A stretch of 63,658 bases of DNA, counting the filler, from Aduncisulcus paluster (taxonomy: Eukaryota), in the NCBI GenBank assembly GCA_024181965.1. It is 13 parts of 13 records of this genome, joined end to end, with 100 filler letters (N's around TTAATTAATTAA, not from the genome) between each part and the next. Parts side by side here need not be neighbours in the genome. Positions count along the whole stretch, not along the records: positions 53,095 to 56,287 come from BQXS01011707.1; positions 56,388 to 58,921 come from BQXS01011709.1; positions 59,022 to 61,664 come from BQXS01011713.1; positions 61,765 to 63,658 come from BQXS01011717.1; 9 more parts are not named here. The stretch is one strand, 5' to 3'. Below are positions 53,292 to 63,658 of this stretch, one piece after another. The notes beneath the pieces are model-generated. The model worked only from the letters and a program-made list of their open reading frames with translations. It was not told the DNA's origin and made no database searches. The position numbers and the translations under genes were made by a program. The first letter of the stretch is position 1. Each line of letters starts with the position of its first letter.

Positions 53292-56285
53292 TTATTCCGT
53301 TATAAATCTTTCCAATGTTGACAAGATATCCTTTTCAACACCAATTTTATCAAGGAAAGAGTCGACACACAATCCACCCCGAACTTTCTTGTCATCACTC
53401 ACCACTATAACATAGCAATCGGGCTGATCCTCACTGATTCTGTCGAGAACTTCCATAAATTGACCTCCCTTGACATTCTTTGTGCCAATAATCAACCCCA
53501 CACTCTCACGGATATCTGAATGATCCCTACAGTACCGAATATCAAGACTGAATGATGGAGATGTGAAGGAAGCAATGTATTCGTCATTTAGCCGTGAGAA
53601 TACAGACTCTCCGTATGCATTATCATCAGACCAAACAGATACAACGATTGATGGACGTTGTGGATAAGATGTCTTGAGAGATGAAGAGGAATGATGGGGT
53701 TGACCTTGGGTTGAGTGACCATCGTGTCCGTTCTTGGTGTCGGTCTTGGAACTGATTTTTCGTACACGAACCTCATGTTCTCTCTCGATCTTTCTTTCAC
53801 GTTCCTGAAGACTTTCCTTCACACTTTCAATGATAGCTCTCACTTGATCTTTTGTATAATCATCGCCATGTTTAATAGAGATAACAAAACATCCGCATTT
53901 ATACAATATTTGTCCCATTTTAGAAGGATTGGCTTCATAGGCATGCTGAACATCACCAAGAAAACTAAGGGCATCGTAAACTGTAGCTTCATCCGAACAA
54001 TATAGGGACGTGATTACGGCATAATCAATCGCATGAGCACATGAATATGAGTAAAGAGATACGAGTCTTGACAACATTTGAAACAGAGATCTAAGGAGAG
54101 GAAGAGCAGCTGAAGAAAAGAAAGAAGTTGAAGACATTTCAGTAAACACCAAGGTTGGATCAACAGCCAATTGCTCGTGTTGTTCTTTGTTTATATCGCC
54201 CACATGTCCACTCTCAGAGGTTGATTGAGCATCATCAAGAGATTCACTCGATGAGACATGCTCATCCCCGCTTAGACTGGAAGGAAGAGAGGAAGAAGAA
54301 CCATGGAAGAGAGAAGAGGAGTGGGAAGATGATGAGTATTGAAGGTAAGGAGAACGTTTTGATGAAACATTATAAGTTCCCATCAAAAAGGCAGCACTTA
54401 GGAGCATCACAGATTTTTCATTGCCGATACCTTGTAAATTATCCATTTTCTTTCTTGTGTCAGCTTCAGGTGAACCCACATTATTGACATATAGACGCAC
54501 ACACTCACAGATATTCTCACATACTCCTCTTGTTTTTAGTATTTTGAGGGTATTGGGTCTAATCATGACATATTTAATCGTGTCCAGTGCAGTAGGAATA
54601 AACACAGATGTGGAGAACATGGCAGAGATAATGTATAAAAATAGAGTTGAGTAAGTTGGAAGGAACTCCTCAGGACACAATTCCAGGTGATCTGGCATAT
54701 CTTCAGAACCGTCGTCACTTATATCATCAAGATAAGCTCCTGTTGAAGAAGGGTGACGCAAGGAAGGGATACGAGGAGTGGAATCCAGCGATGAGGGTGC
54801 ATTACTCCATAAGTCACACACCATAGTGTTTAGTTCGGAACCGATTGATCTATAATAGTCGTCTCTATTCCTGAATCGGTGAGAGTGGGAGTGAACAATG
54901 GCGAGGGAGAGTTGAGGGAAAATCTTTTCGAAGAAAGGAGATGAAGAATGTGATGAAGAGAGAAGAGAAGAGGAAGAGGATGTAATAGTTTCTGAGAGAG
55001 AAAACAGATGAGTGGAGGATAGAAGAGAACACAAACAATACATGACATTGTTAGCATTCCTTTCAATGGACAAGGAAAACCTTTGAATCCACTCTCTAAC
55101 AAGTAGAATTTCATCTGAGGACATCGATTTTCCAAAAAATTTAAACTCTTTACCACTTTCNNNNNNNNNNNNNNNNNNNNAGTCACACACCATAGTGTTT
55201 AGTTCGGAACCGATTGATCTATAATAGTCGTCTCTATTCCTGAATCGGTGAGAGTGGGAGTGAACAATGGCGAGGGAGAGTTGAGGGAAAATCTTTTCGA
55301 AGAAAGGAGATGAAGAATGTGATGAAGAGAGAAGAGAAGAGGAAGAGGATGTAATAGTTTCTGAGAGAGAAAACAGATGAGTGGAGGATAGAAGAGAACA
55401 CAAACAATACATGACATTGTTAGCATTCCTTTCAATGGACAAGGAAAACCTTTGAATCCACTCTCTAACAAGTAGAATTTCATCTGAGGACATCGATTTT
55501 CCAAAAAATTTAAACTCTTTACCACTTTCAAAGACCTTCGTGGATAAAATCTCTAATTCTTTGTTCGATTCAATGTTCATTTCTCTCTCAATGGCAATCT
55601 CTTCCTTCGTTTTGCAAGAGCACTCGCCTTCACACGGTTGCTTAGAGCTGAATAATACGATCTGTATGAGCACTGTGGCAGATACAAGAATATGAATGGG
55701 TGCAAATGATGAAGAATATGAAGGATTTGCCATATCATCTTGGTCATAGCCAATACTCTCACCAGCAGAGAGAGAAAGGGAGGATGAGGACGAGGAAATA
55801 TGAATGTATTCAGGCACATGGGGTTCGAAATGAGAGAGATGGTCTGAAAGTTTGTCCACCTTTGAAGAGGAAGAAGAGGAGGTTTTCCCACGCCCACTGC
55901 TCTTCCCTTCCCTAGAGTTGGGGAAACAATATTGTGCATATTTGAGCACATCCGAGGTGGCTCTTTTGAATATCTTCTCCTTTATACACATCAAAGAGGA
56001 GAGAGAGGAGAGAGAGGCTAATTTAATGCACATGGCATAGGCAAGGAAAGCGACGCGGTGTGAAGAAGATGAGATAAGAGAGAGTAAGAAACGGTAGAAG
56101 AGAGAAAGGGATTTGGAAGTAGAGAGAGGAGACGAAGGAGGTGGGGAATGTAGGTTAGAAAGTATGGAATGGCTGGGAACACTGGAAACGAAGGTAGTAC
56201 CAACTCGGGAGGCAACGAGCATATTCTTTTTGGCACGTTTCTCCATTTTCTTGGCCAACTTCTCTTGACGTTTCTTTTCTTTGAG
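53292..56285 (-). CDS. Large Ser-rich helical protein with a C-terminal alpha/beta (TIR-like?) domain, 5'-truncated; in-frame 369-bp gap duplication
   Basis: Long open frame. The C-terminal ~120 aa show an alternating strand/helix pattern (see findings). Confidence 0.65.
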   Translation of the reverse strand, partial: LKEKKRQEKLAKKMEKRAKKNMLVASRVGTTFVSSVPSHSILSNLHSPPPSSPLSTSKSLSLFYRFLLSLISSSSHRVAFLAYAMCIKLASLSSLSSLMCIKEKIFKRATSDVLKYAQYCFPNSREGKSSGRGKTSSSSSSKVDKLSDHLSHFEPHVPEYIHISSSSSSLSLSAGESIGYDQDDMANPSYSSSFAPIHILVSATVLIQIVLFSSKQPCEGECSCKTKEEIAIEREMNIESNKELEILSTKVFESGKEFKFFGKSMSSDEILLVREWIQRFSLSIERNANNVMYCLCSLLSSTHLFSLSETITSSSSSLLSSSHSSSPFFEKIFPQLSLAIVHSHSHRFRNRDDYYRSIGSELNTMVCDXXXXXXXESGKEFKFFGKSMSSDEILLVREWIQRFSLSIERNANNVMYCLCSLLSSTHLFSLSETITSSSSSLLSSSHSSSPFFEKIFPQLSLAIVHSHSHRFRNRDDYYRSIGSELNTMVCDLWSNAPSSLDSTPRIPSLRHPSSTGAYLDDISDDGSEDMPDHLELCPEEFLPTYSTLFLYIISAMFSTSVFIPTALDTIKYVMIRPNTLKILKTRGVCENICECVRLYVNNVGSPEADTRKKMDNLQGIGNEKSVMLLSAAFLMGTYNVSSKRSPYLQYSSSSHSSSLFHGSSSSLPSSLSGDEHVSSSESLDDAQSTSESGHVGDINKEQHEQLAVDPTLVFTEMSSTSFFSSAALPLLRSLFQMLSRLVSLYSYSCAHAIDYAVITSLYCSDEATVYDALSFLGDVQHAYEANPSKMGQILYKCGCFVISIKHGDDYTKDQVRAIIESVKESLQERERKIEREHEVRVRKISSKTDTKNGHDGHSTQGQPHHSSSSLKTSYPQRPSIVVSVWSDDNAYGESVFSRLNDEYIASFTSPSFSLDIRYCRDHSDIRESVGLIIGTKNVKGGQFMEVLDRISEDQPDCYVIVVSDDKKVRGGLCVDSFLDKIGVEKDILSTLERFITE

Positions 56286-56387
56286 TTNNNNNNNNNNNNN
56301 NNNNNNNNNNNNNNNNNNNNNNNNNNNNNNNTTAATTAATTAANNNNNNNNNNNNNNNNNNNNNNNNNNNNNNNNNNNNNNNNNNNN

Positions 56388-58920
56388 CTCGGGGAGTGTA
56401 GAAATCGTCAAGAATGGCAAGCATTGTACGTCTATCCCAATCATCAGTCACACGTCCTCCATAGTTCACATGCCCAGTAATGTATCGCAGAGCTTCAAAT
56501 GGAATGGTTGTGCTTGCACACAGCACACGCAGCTGTTCAAGAGAGATTCTGAGATCAGAATCGTTGAAAGGATACTTCACATTCCAACCAAGAGGTCCAA
56601 ATCTCTTACGCTCAAGAATGATACCGTGGAAGAAACACAGAGAGAACAATAAACGGGTATAAGCCTCACTTTGAGGGATTTCACCAGAAGAAATTGCATC
56701 GAACATAATGTCATCAACTGAGGAAATGGCACGGAGAGTGTTTGCACGGAGACCACGAGGAGGCTCATTGGTGATCTTAACAGCTGTCTGAAGGATGGAC
56801 ACAGGGAATTTCTTGGAAGGCATCGAAGTGATCCATAGCCTGAAGTCTTTATGAACACGAGTATTTGTTGGAAGTTTCAAACAAATCTTTTCGAGTTCAG
56901 GCAACCAACTTTCTCCCAAATGGACATTCATCAGTAAAACCCACTTACCGCGTGCCATACCATCTTGGAGAGCCTTTTCAGCGAGAGGTCCTTGCCCTTG
57001 TCCGAGAGAAACGGAAGAGAAGTGGTTTTCATTGCTCATTCCCATACTATCAGCGAACTTGAGCAATCCAGCAACAGGGTCAGCACCAGTACTCAAGACA
57101 AACATGAGAGGGATAGTCTTGTCACTGTCTTGGAAGGCCTGCATCAGATCGAGTGGAGGAGGCTCCGTGTATCTCTCTCCAACGTTATTCGCAACAAAGA
57201 GTCTTGCAAGAGGAACGAAAGCCTCAGGAGAGATGATACGGATGAGAACAAGCTTTTGGAAGTCAGAGAGGACATTCCAACGACCTGGAGGTTCCTTTTC
57301 GGGATGTTCTAGCCACTCAATCCAGTTATGAGTCATTCCAAGCATGCTGGCATGGATATCTCTGAACTCATCATCCTTGGAGAGAACACAGATCTGTTCC
57401 CATACTTTTTCTGGGAAGACATCAAGGTCAGGGGAGTCTGGGTGGTCGAATTTATCAACAATGGCAATTCCAGACACGAGAAAAGCGATACATGACTCGC
57501 TGATATCGCCCCGATGTTTCATGATTCTCAGTGCAAGAAGGAAAGCGAACAAAAGTTTATCCCTGGCGAACAGAGACCGACATATGTTGGTATATAAAAG
57601 CCAGGTGAATCCTTCTTGTAAATCTTTGAGCCTATCAACTAATTTGCCACTCTTTGGCGGTGGAGTGTTCTCTATGGATTTTGTGAATAGCTTCACATAC
57701 CAAGTAAGAGCATAAGAATACATGTGATCAAGGGAATTCAAAGAACTGATGGTAAAGAACAAAGTAGCACCACGTTCGGCCACAATTCTGTATTGTTGAC
57801 GAGTTTTCTCAATCCTGTCTTGAGTAACTTCAGCTTCTTTGACTTTTCTTGAAATATCACGGGATTTCTTATTAGAGTTCTCGAGCGTCTGGATCAGCTC
57901 AATATCATCCAAAATCTGATCATCGGATTCCTGCAAAAGCTTCAAGATCTTATCTTCGATTTGTTTCATTTCTTTACGATATTGTGCCATTTCAATCACC
58001 AGATTTTCTCTTTGTTCCTCAAGCTCAGCCTCTTCTTTCTTCACAACAATTCCAAGAAGCTGGTCTTCAAGTCCCTCTTGAGTAATAGAGAAATTGAGGA
58101 GTGTAACTTTGGTGGACAACTCTGGGCTATAATTAGGGTTTGAGAGATTAGTAATAATATACAACTGGAATGATTCATTATATTCAACCTCAGAATCTCC
58201 CAATTTAATATACTTCAGTCCACCCTTTTCATACACAGCACGTTGCAAGAGAGGTTCAAGAGCAGGATCAAGAGACTCGCCAGCATCTTCAAGTATGAAT
58301 GGAGTTCCATATTTAAGTGCAGTTTCGAGGGGACGCATCAAATCAGGGTCGGATTCCTTCATAGAACGAGGCTGAAGACCCTTGGTCATCTCTTTGATCC
58401 ACGCATGAGCTTGGCCCTGTGGATCGATCATCAATGGCCACCTCTGTCCACGAGTGGTGATGATACCATTCTCAACACTGAACGAATCACTGGGAAGTCC
58501 CTGTAAATTCCAGTCACGGACGGTAACATCGTCGGCAAGAACATCCTTGAGATTAAAGTTATTTGAGACAGGGATATGGCATTCTTGTTCAACATATTGC
58601 TTCCATTCTTCAATAATTTCTTGACGGTAAGAGCCACTGTAAGGACCAAGATAGGAAATAATACCACACGAAAGAGCAACATCTCCGTATACTCGCTCGA
58701 GTTGATTACCAAGAATGGCACTGGAACGAGTCCAACGATCTTTTTCTCCACCCAAACCGTTCATTAGACTACTGGCACGCTTAAGACGAGCATCACAGAT
58801 AGAAGCTTCAGTAAGGAGGGCTTTATGACGCTCTTCAGCAGCTGCATGTTGAGCATTAAGATCAGCCAATTTCTTGGATACAGCGTCCAATTCAGCCTCC
58901 TTAAGAGCTAAATTCTTCCT
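56388..58920 (-). CDS. Axonemal dynein heavy chain, internal fragment (stalk end, AAA5, AAA6)
   Basis: GLGGEKDRW, GLPSDSFSVENG, RWPLMIDPQGQA, GLEDQLLG, FVLSTGADP, SLGQGQG, FRLWITS, ERKRFGPLGWN, NYGGRVTDDWDRR. Confidence 0.96.
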
Positions 58921-59117
58921 CNNNNNNNNNNNNNNNNNNNNNNNNNNNNNNNNNNNNNNNNNNNNTTAATTAATTAANNNNNNNNNNNNNNNNNNNNNNN
59001 NNNNNNNNNNNNNNNNNNNNNTAAACTCACTCCTATATTTTCAATTAACAATGTTGGGTTAATATTGATTGATTTTTTTTCAATTGGTTGGGTATTCTTG
59101 TTGATTCCATTTTATAG

Positions 59118-59625
59118 GTGTACATTGAAGTTTGCAAACCATCCTTGTCTGGAGATAATGGAATTGTTGGAATTCCAGGGTTACCATTGAAAGTAATTTC
59201 CAGTACTTTTTGTGGTTTGATGGTTATTTGCTATTCCACGCTCTTACATTCATATGAGAGTTGGCCCGAGTATGATTCTTGGATTTCTTGCGTCAACGCA
59301 GACGGTTGGGCTTAGTTCTTACCGCAAGTGTCCTGATATTCTTTGCTTCCTTTTGTATAATGAGTTCTAAATTGATTCCGAACAATACTGACATTTCCTT
59401 TGGGATTGTCTATTCTGTTAATGGTTTGTGTTGTATTATATTCCTCTTTGGATGGTACTACCATAATAATATTATTCTTTAGATTTTCTGTGGATGTTTG
59501 GAGGTGCCGCTGCTGTTCTCACTGTATACATTCTCATTCATTCCTTAATTAATATGTGCGGGATTGAAAATGGGGAATGCAGATATATGGTGATATGTGC
59601 AAATTGCACAGTGCAATGGATGTGA
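59118..59625 (+). pseudogene. Frameshifted MFS-like transporter fragment
   Basis: Hydrophobic helices alternate between frames (YIHMRVGPSMILGFLASTQTVGL; SKLIPNNTDISFGIVYSVNGLCCIIF; FLWMFGGAAAVLTVYILIHSL). Preceded by an intron-like ...TTTTATAG. Confidence 0.4.
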
Positions 59626-59738
59626 ACGTGAATGTGAGGTTGAATGTCTAAAGAAAACAAAAAAAGGTCATTTTATTGGCTCGAATTAGCTGAGATTACC
59701 AGAGGAGATCCAATTCTAAATCTCGTATGTATGTTTAT

Positions 59739-60660
59739 TTATCCAAGTCTTGTATTCCAAGTCCATACTTTTGAATCAAAAGTTTTGAGTAAAAATTTGT
59801 CCACGATGCATGTCTGGTAGTCACTGATTAGATTCCTCCAGCCAGACTCTGACATGATGTCATGCATGGCAAAGAGTCCAGAGAAGTGAAGAACAATGTT
59901 CCAGACATTGAAGAAGCCAGGTTTCGACTCATTTTGGTAATATGCATGAAATGAAACGAAGAAAGAAGGCAATGAAGGTACGATCAGACTTCTAATGCAC
60001 ACCATTCAAAGTTTGACATTTGATTTCAGATTAACCAACAATTTTGATCTATAAATGCAACAAATGGAACAAATATTCAAGTGAAATTGCGTCATCAATT
60101 TGCATAAAGCCACATCTCATACATAATTCAAGCACCTTTTCGATGTTTCCAACTTCTCCATAGCAAAGACCAGCCATAAACAGATCATTCTCTTGATATT
60201 CCAATGTTTCAAGGCATTTTAATGATGTTTTTGTGTTAGCTATACCAAGAACAAGAGAAAATAGACACAATTCAATGGCAACGTTTCTAGGTCCCATCTT
60301 GCACAGCTCAATGCAAGCTTGAGGTACTTGACCATGTGTTACAAGGAGGTCAACAACAGGTCATCTTCCACAATAATATAAAGGAGAACCAACAGAGACA
60401 TCATCTTCTTTCTCAGATCCCAAAATAGAACTCTTCTCAGAACATACATATTCATCGATTGAACTCAACGTCTGGCATGCCTTCAAAAGTAATCCAGAGG
60501 CAGAGTGTCCAGATTCATGTACAAGTATAGAAAGCGGAGAATATGCCCTCCAGTTGGAAGAAACAGCCCACCGGAGGTAAAGAGATGGTGAGAAGACCAG
60601 GATAATGAATGTAAGAGGAAATATGATTTAGATAAGACAAGATCGGTCAAGGATAAACTA
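59739..60660 (-). pseudogene. Frameshifted, stop-interrupted remnant of a helical (TPR-like) protein
   Basis: Protein-like segments switch frame at least three times, e.g. DLFMAGLCYGEVGNIEKVLELCMRCG. Confidence 0.4.
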
Positions 60661-61662
60661 TTATCCACTCTCATATTTTTGGACAATCTTAACCCAAGGT
60701 GCATCGATGGGTATATGTTTATCTATTTTTATATGCTTACGTTCACTTTTCACTTGTTTGTGGTCACTTTTGTCTTGCGAAGGGTGCATCGAGAACCCTT
60801 CGACCTCACGCTGGATGTATATGGAGGGAGGAATAGGTGATCCTTCGGTATGTTCGGGTGGAAGTGTATATGCGACACGAGGATGGGTGAACTGTTGTTT
60901 CAAGGGAGAAGGAGAACTGCCCATAGATACGGGATTCACTGGAGAAGGGGAACTGCGGATGATTGGCGGGGTTGACCGTGTGGGTGAGGATGGCGGAAGG
61001 ATATGGTGACCATGATTCTTATTTACAACTTTCGGAAGAATATCCTTCTTTCCTTTCCCACTTGTGAGAATTGTTCTAGATTGCAAATCATCAACACCAG
61101 AATGCATTATATGTTGCATTTTCCCCATGTTCGTTGAATGAGTTGGAGGATGAGATGGTTGAGAAGAAAGATGAGATGGTTGAGAAGGTGAAGAAGGTGA
61201 AGAAGGTGAAGAAGGAAGCAAAGAAGGTGAAGAAGGAAGCAAAGAAGGTGATATATGTTGTGAAGGATGAGCAGAGGAAACATGGGGCGACGATTGAGAA
61301 CCATGGGGCAAAGAAAACACTGGACGGTTACCTTTGGGATTATAAGATCCAATGAAGAATTTACGGGTACTCTTCTCTGAGGAACTCACAATAGATCCTC
61401 GATCATTATGATAGGGTTGTCTTGGGTTTGGAAGTGAAGCAAATCCATGTGGAGGAGACATGTGCATTCCATGTGCTCCATTAATAGGAGAAGAGAACTC
61501 ACGGTGAAGAGCAGCATGATGTGATTCTTGTGCTTGCTCATGATGTGGAACCAATGGAGATGTGTGTAGAGGAGATGGATGTAGAGGAGATGTATGTAGA
61601 GGAGAGGTGTGTTGAGAGTGGGAAGAATGAGAGGATTGTGATGCAAGGGGAGGACTTTTGGA
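60661..61662 (-). CDS. S/P/H-rich low-complexity protein, 5'-truncated
   Basis: Open from the contig edge, with (H[TP]SPL)n and (SPS)n repeats. Confidence 0.6.
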   Translation of the reverse strand, partial: SKSPPLASQSSHSSHSQHTSPLHTSPLHPSPLHTSPLVPHHEQAQESHHAALHREFSSPINGAHGMHMSPPHGFASLPNPRQPYHNDRGSIVSSSEKSTRKFFIGSYNPKGNRPVFSLPHGSQSSPHVSSAHPSQHISPSLLPSSPSLLPSSPSSPSSPSQPSHLSSQPSHPPTHSTNMGKMQHIMHSGVDDLQSRTILTSGKGKKDILPKVVNKNHGHHILPPSSPTRSTPPIIRSSPSPVNPVSMGSSPSPLKQQFTHPRVAYTLPPEHTEGSPIPPSIYIQREVEGFSMHPSQDKSDHKQVKSERKHIKIDKHIPIDAPWVKIVQKYESG

Positions 61663-61765
61663 TGNNNNNNNNNNNNNNNNNNNNNNNNNNNNNNNNNNNN
61701 NNNNNNNNTTAATTAATTAANNNNNNNNNNNNNNNNNNNNNNNNNNNNNNNNNNNNNNNNNNNNA

Positions 61766-63658
61766 ACTGTGCGTTCAATCTCTGATATTTCTGCTTCTTC
61801 CGTGTCACAGGTGCCCATCGATTCTGGTATTAATATCAATATTAACGAACAGAGACATCACATGATCTTAACAGATGCCGAAGAAGAAGAGGAGGAGGAG
61901 GAGGAAGAAGGCGAAGATCTCTTTGTGTCCACCAATCTTCCTCTTCGAGACAGGGCTGGGAGACCCATTCCTGTCCGTGAGGTTGTGCCCAGGCGTCCAG
62001 GGTCAGCCCCTCGTCGTGGGAGGAGCAATGTCTTCATTAGTCGTCAAACTGTTATTGAAGAAGAAGATCGAGTACGCGAAGAGGAGGAAAGGAAGAGAGA
62101 AGAAGAGGAAAGGAAGAGAGAAGAGTGGGAAAAGGAAGACAAATGGAGAGGAGGAGAAGGTGAAAGCGGCGGAATGACTGCACTTTCCAAAGCTATGTAT
62201 TTGAAAGAACAAGATGATAGTTCGCGTGTTCTCGCTTCATCTGGCTCTTTAGTATCTAAGTCTAAACACTTGTATTCCACCCAACCCCCGAAACAGATCT
62301 TAAATCCCTTGTTATCTTCCTCAAATACGACTCAATTGCACCATGATCAGAACTCTACACCTTTTTCTGGTGAAAGTAAGCAGAGGATGTTACTGTCTCG
62401 TCAAAACAACATTACAACAGACTCATTGCTAGAAGAATCTGAGGGAATAGAATCTCGTGAGAAACTATCCAAGCTTGACCAATCCTCAACTGTGGTGGTA
62501 TCGAATACTACCTTGCCTATGACACCCGAAAGAGTTTCCAAAACAATCCCGATGAGTGGATCCATTGGTTCTGAGGGGGATAAATGCATTCATCACGAAG
62601 ATATATCAGGAAGCATCTTGCCACAATCACCACAGACCTGTACTACTCCGCAGACTGCAATGCTATTCCCAAGATCTCCCTCGCAAGAACAGAATCTGCT
62701 ACGACCCTCACATTCACGATCAACGCAGTACGTTCGACGCAGGAAAGCTGGAAGGGAAGGGCGGCAAATCCGACAAAAAGAGTTGTTACGGCTGGAGAAA
62801 GAGGAATGGGATGAGATTGCTGCCGATGTTGAGGATGAAGAGGAAATTCTAGTTCAATATAGCGGTGTAGCATCGGGCAATGATTCTGAAGAGAAGAAAC
62901 AAACTATTCAAGGCCACCACAATCCCCTCGATGAACAACATTCTTGGGATTATTATATTTTTACGGATGATGATGCAACGACACAAAAGGAAGAGCAGAA
63001 GAGGAGAGAGATGCATGATTCTTGCGAAATCGATGATCTCCAATTCAATGTCAATGGTGAAGGATTCGATGTTGATTTAGAGGAAGGTGAGAAAGATATA
63101 TCGCCAAATGTGTTTCAAACTCGCGGGGCTACTGCGGTGATGCGCTTATACAGTGATCCAAAGAAGAATCATTCTTCTCAAATGCCTGCTTATGGACTTG
63201 GGAATGAAGAAATGGAAGAAAAACAACATGGGGAAGAAGAAGAGGAGGAGGACGAGGAGGAGGAAGAGGAAGAAAAGGAAGAAGAGGAGGAGGAAGAAGA
63301 AGAGGAAGAAGAGGAGGAGATTGTTGAAGTGATATTGCCTGTTTCTTCAAGAAATGTCAGTGAGGATTTACTTTCTCAGGATGCTCATGTTGAAGAAATG
63401 GATGGTGATGATAGTTCATCTTCCTGCGAACAATTGCCATATTCACCAAGGAAGGAGAAACACAATGTTGATTTTGACATTGTTCATATTGCAAAACCTT
63501 TATCCTCTGCTCATTCGACTTCAGAGGGAAAGAATGATGATATATATATTAACAACCCAACCTCTACCATAACCTCTGATTCTTCTTCCTCTTCCTCTTC
63601 TACTTCCCAAAAGAATCACCTTTTTTCTCCTTTTACTTCCTTACACGTAGCTTCAGAT
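61766..63658 (+). CDS. Acidic low-complexity protein, internal fragment of 631 codons (not in the ORF track)
   Basis: Frame TVRSISDISASS...LHVASD has no stop from the linker to the window end and contains poly-Glu tracts. Confidence 0.8.

Noticed and set aside
61875..63572. Many short ORFs suggesting a fragmented or frameshifted locus
   Set aside because: They are shadows of one uninterrupted frame (61766-63658) that the track missed because it has no stop in the window.
1..63658. rRNA, tRNA, CRISPR arrays and prokaryotic operons or defence systems
   Set aside because: None recognised by eye and the content is eukaryotic. A covariance-model scan would be needed to exclude small RNAs.

Overview
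This is eukaryotic, gene-dense, intron-poor DNA and not one contiguous locus. Twelve artificial 100-bp linkers (44 N + TTAATTAATTAA + 44 N) join 13 unrelated scaffold pieces. Seven 20-N gaps are each flanked by a re-stated 169-392 bp overlap, an assembly artefact that breaks or inflates several ORFs. The genes point to a flagellated protist: axonemal dynein, tubulin deglutamylase CCP5, a Spef1-type CH domain, a purine PRTase with an inverted DE motif, and rare GTATGT..TAG introns. A free-living fornicate metamonad such as Aduncisulcus is my inference and is unconfirmed. Recognisable genes are a very divergent Snu114, a PHD protein, CCP5/AGBL5, SMC3, an RPC31-like protein, HINT, HPRT/GPRT, a DUF4241-like protein, a GH31 glucosidase, an ALY/REF-like protein, NADP-GDH, a DUF4392 protein, a protein kinase, an LRR-EGF surface protein, CPSF73, NFX1 and a dynein heavy chain. 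Not visible in the ORF track are the 3' end of an LTR retrotransposon (chromodomain-like tail, PPT, TG..CA LTR), the phased CCGGT repeats at the end of a hAT transposon, 3-4 introns, two ORFs running off the window edges, and a doubly pseudogenised scaffold. I found no clearly new multi-gene system. The best novelty leads are a helical-repeat protein with a TIR-like C-terminus, the Snu114 lacking its acidic N-terminus, the SMC3 acetylation-site change and two prokaryote-like DUF genes.
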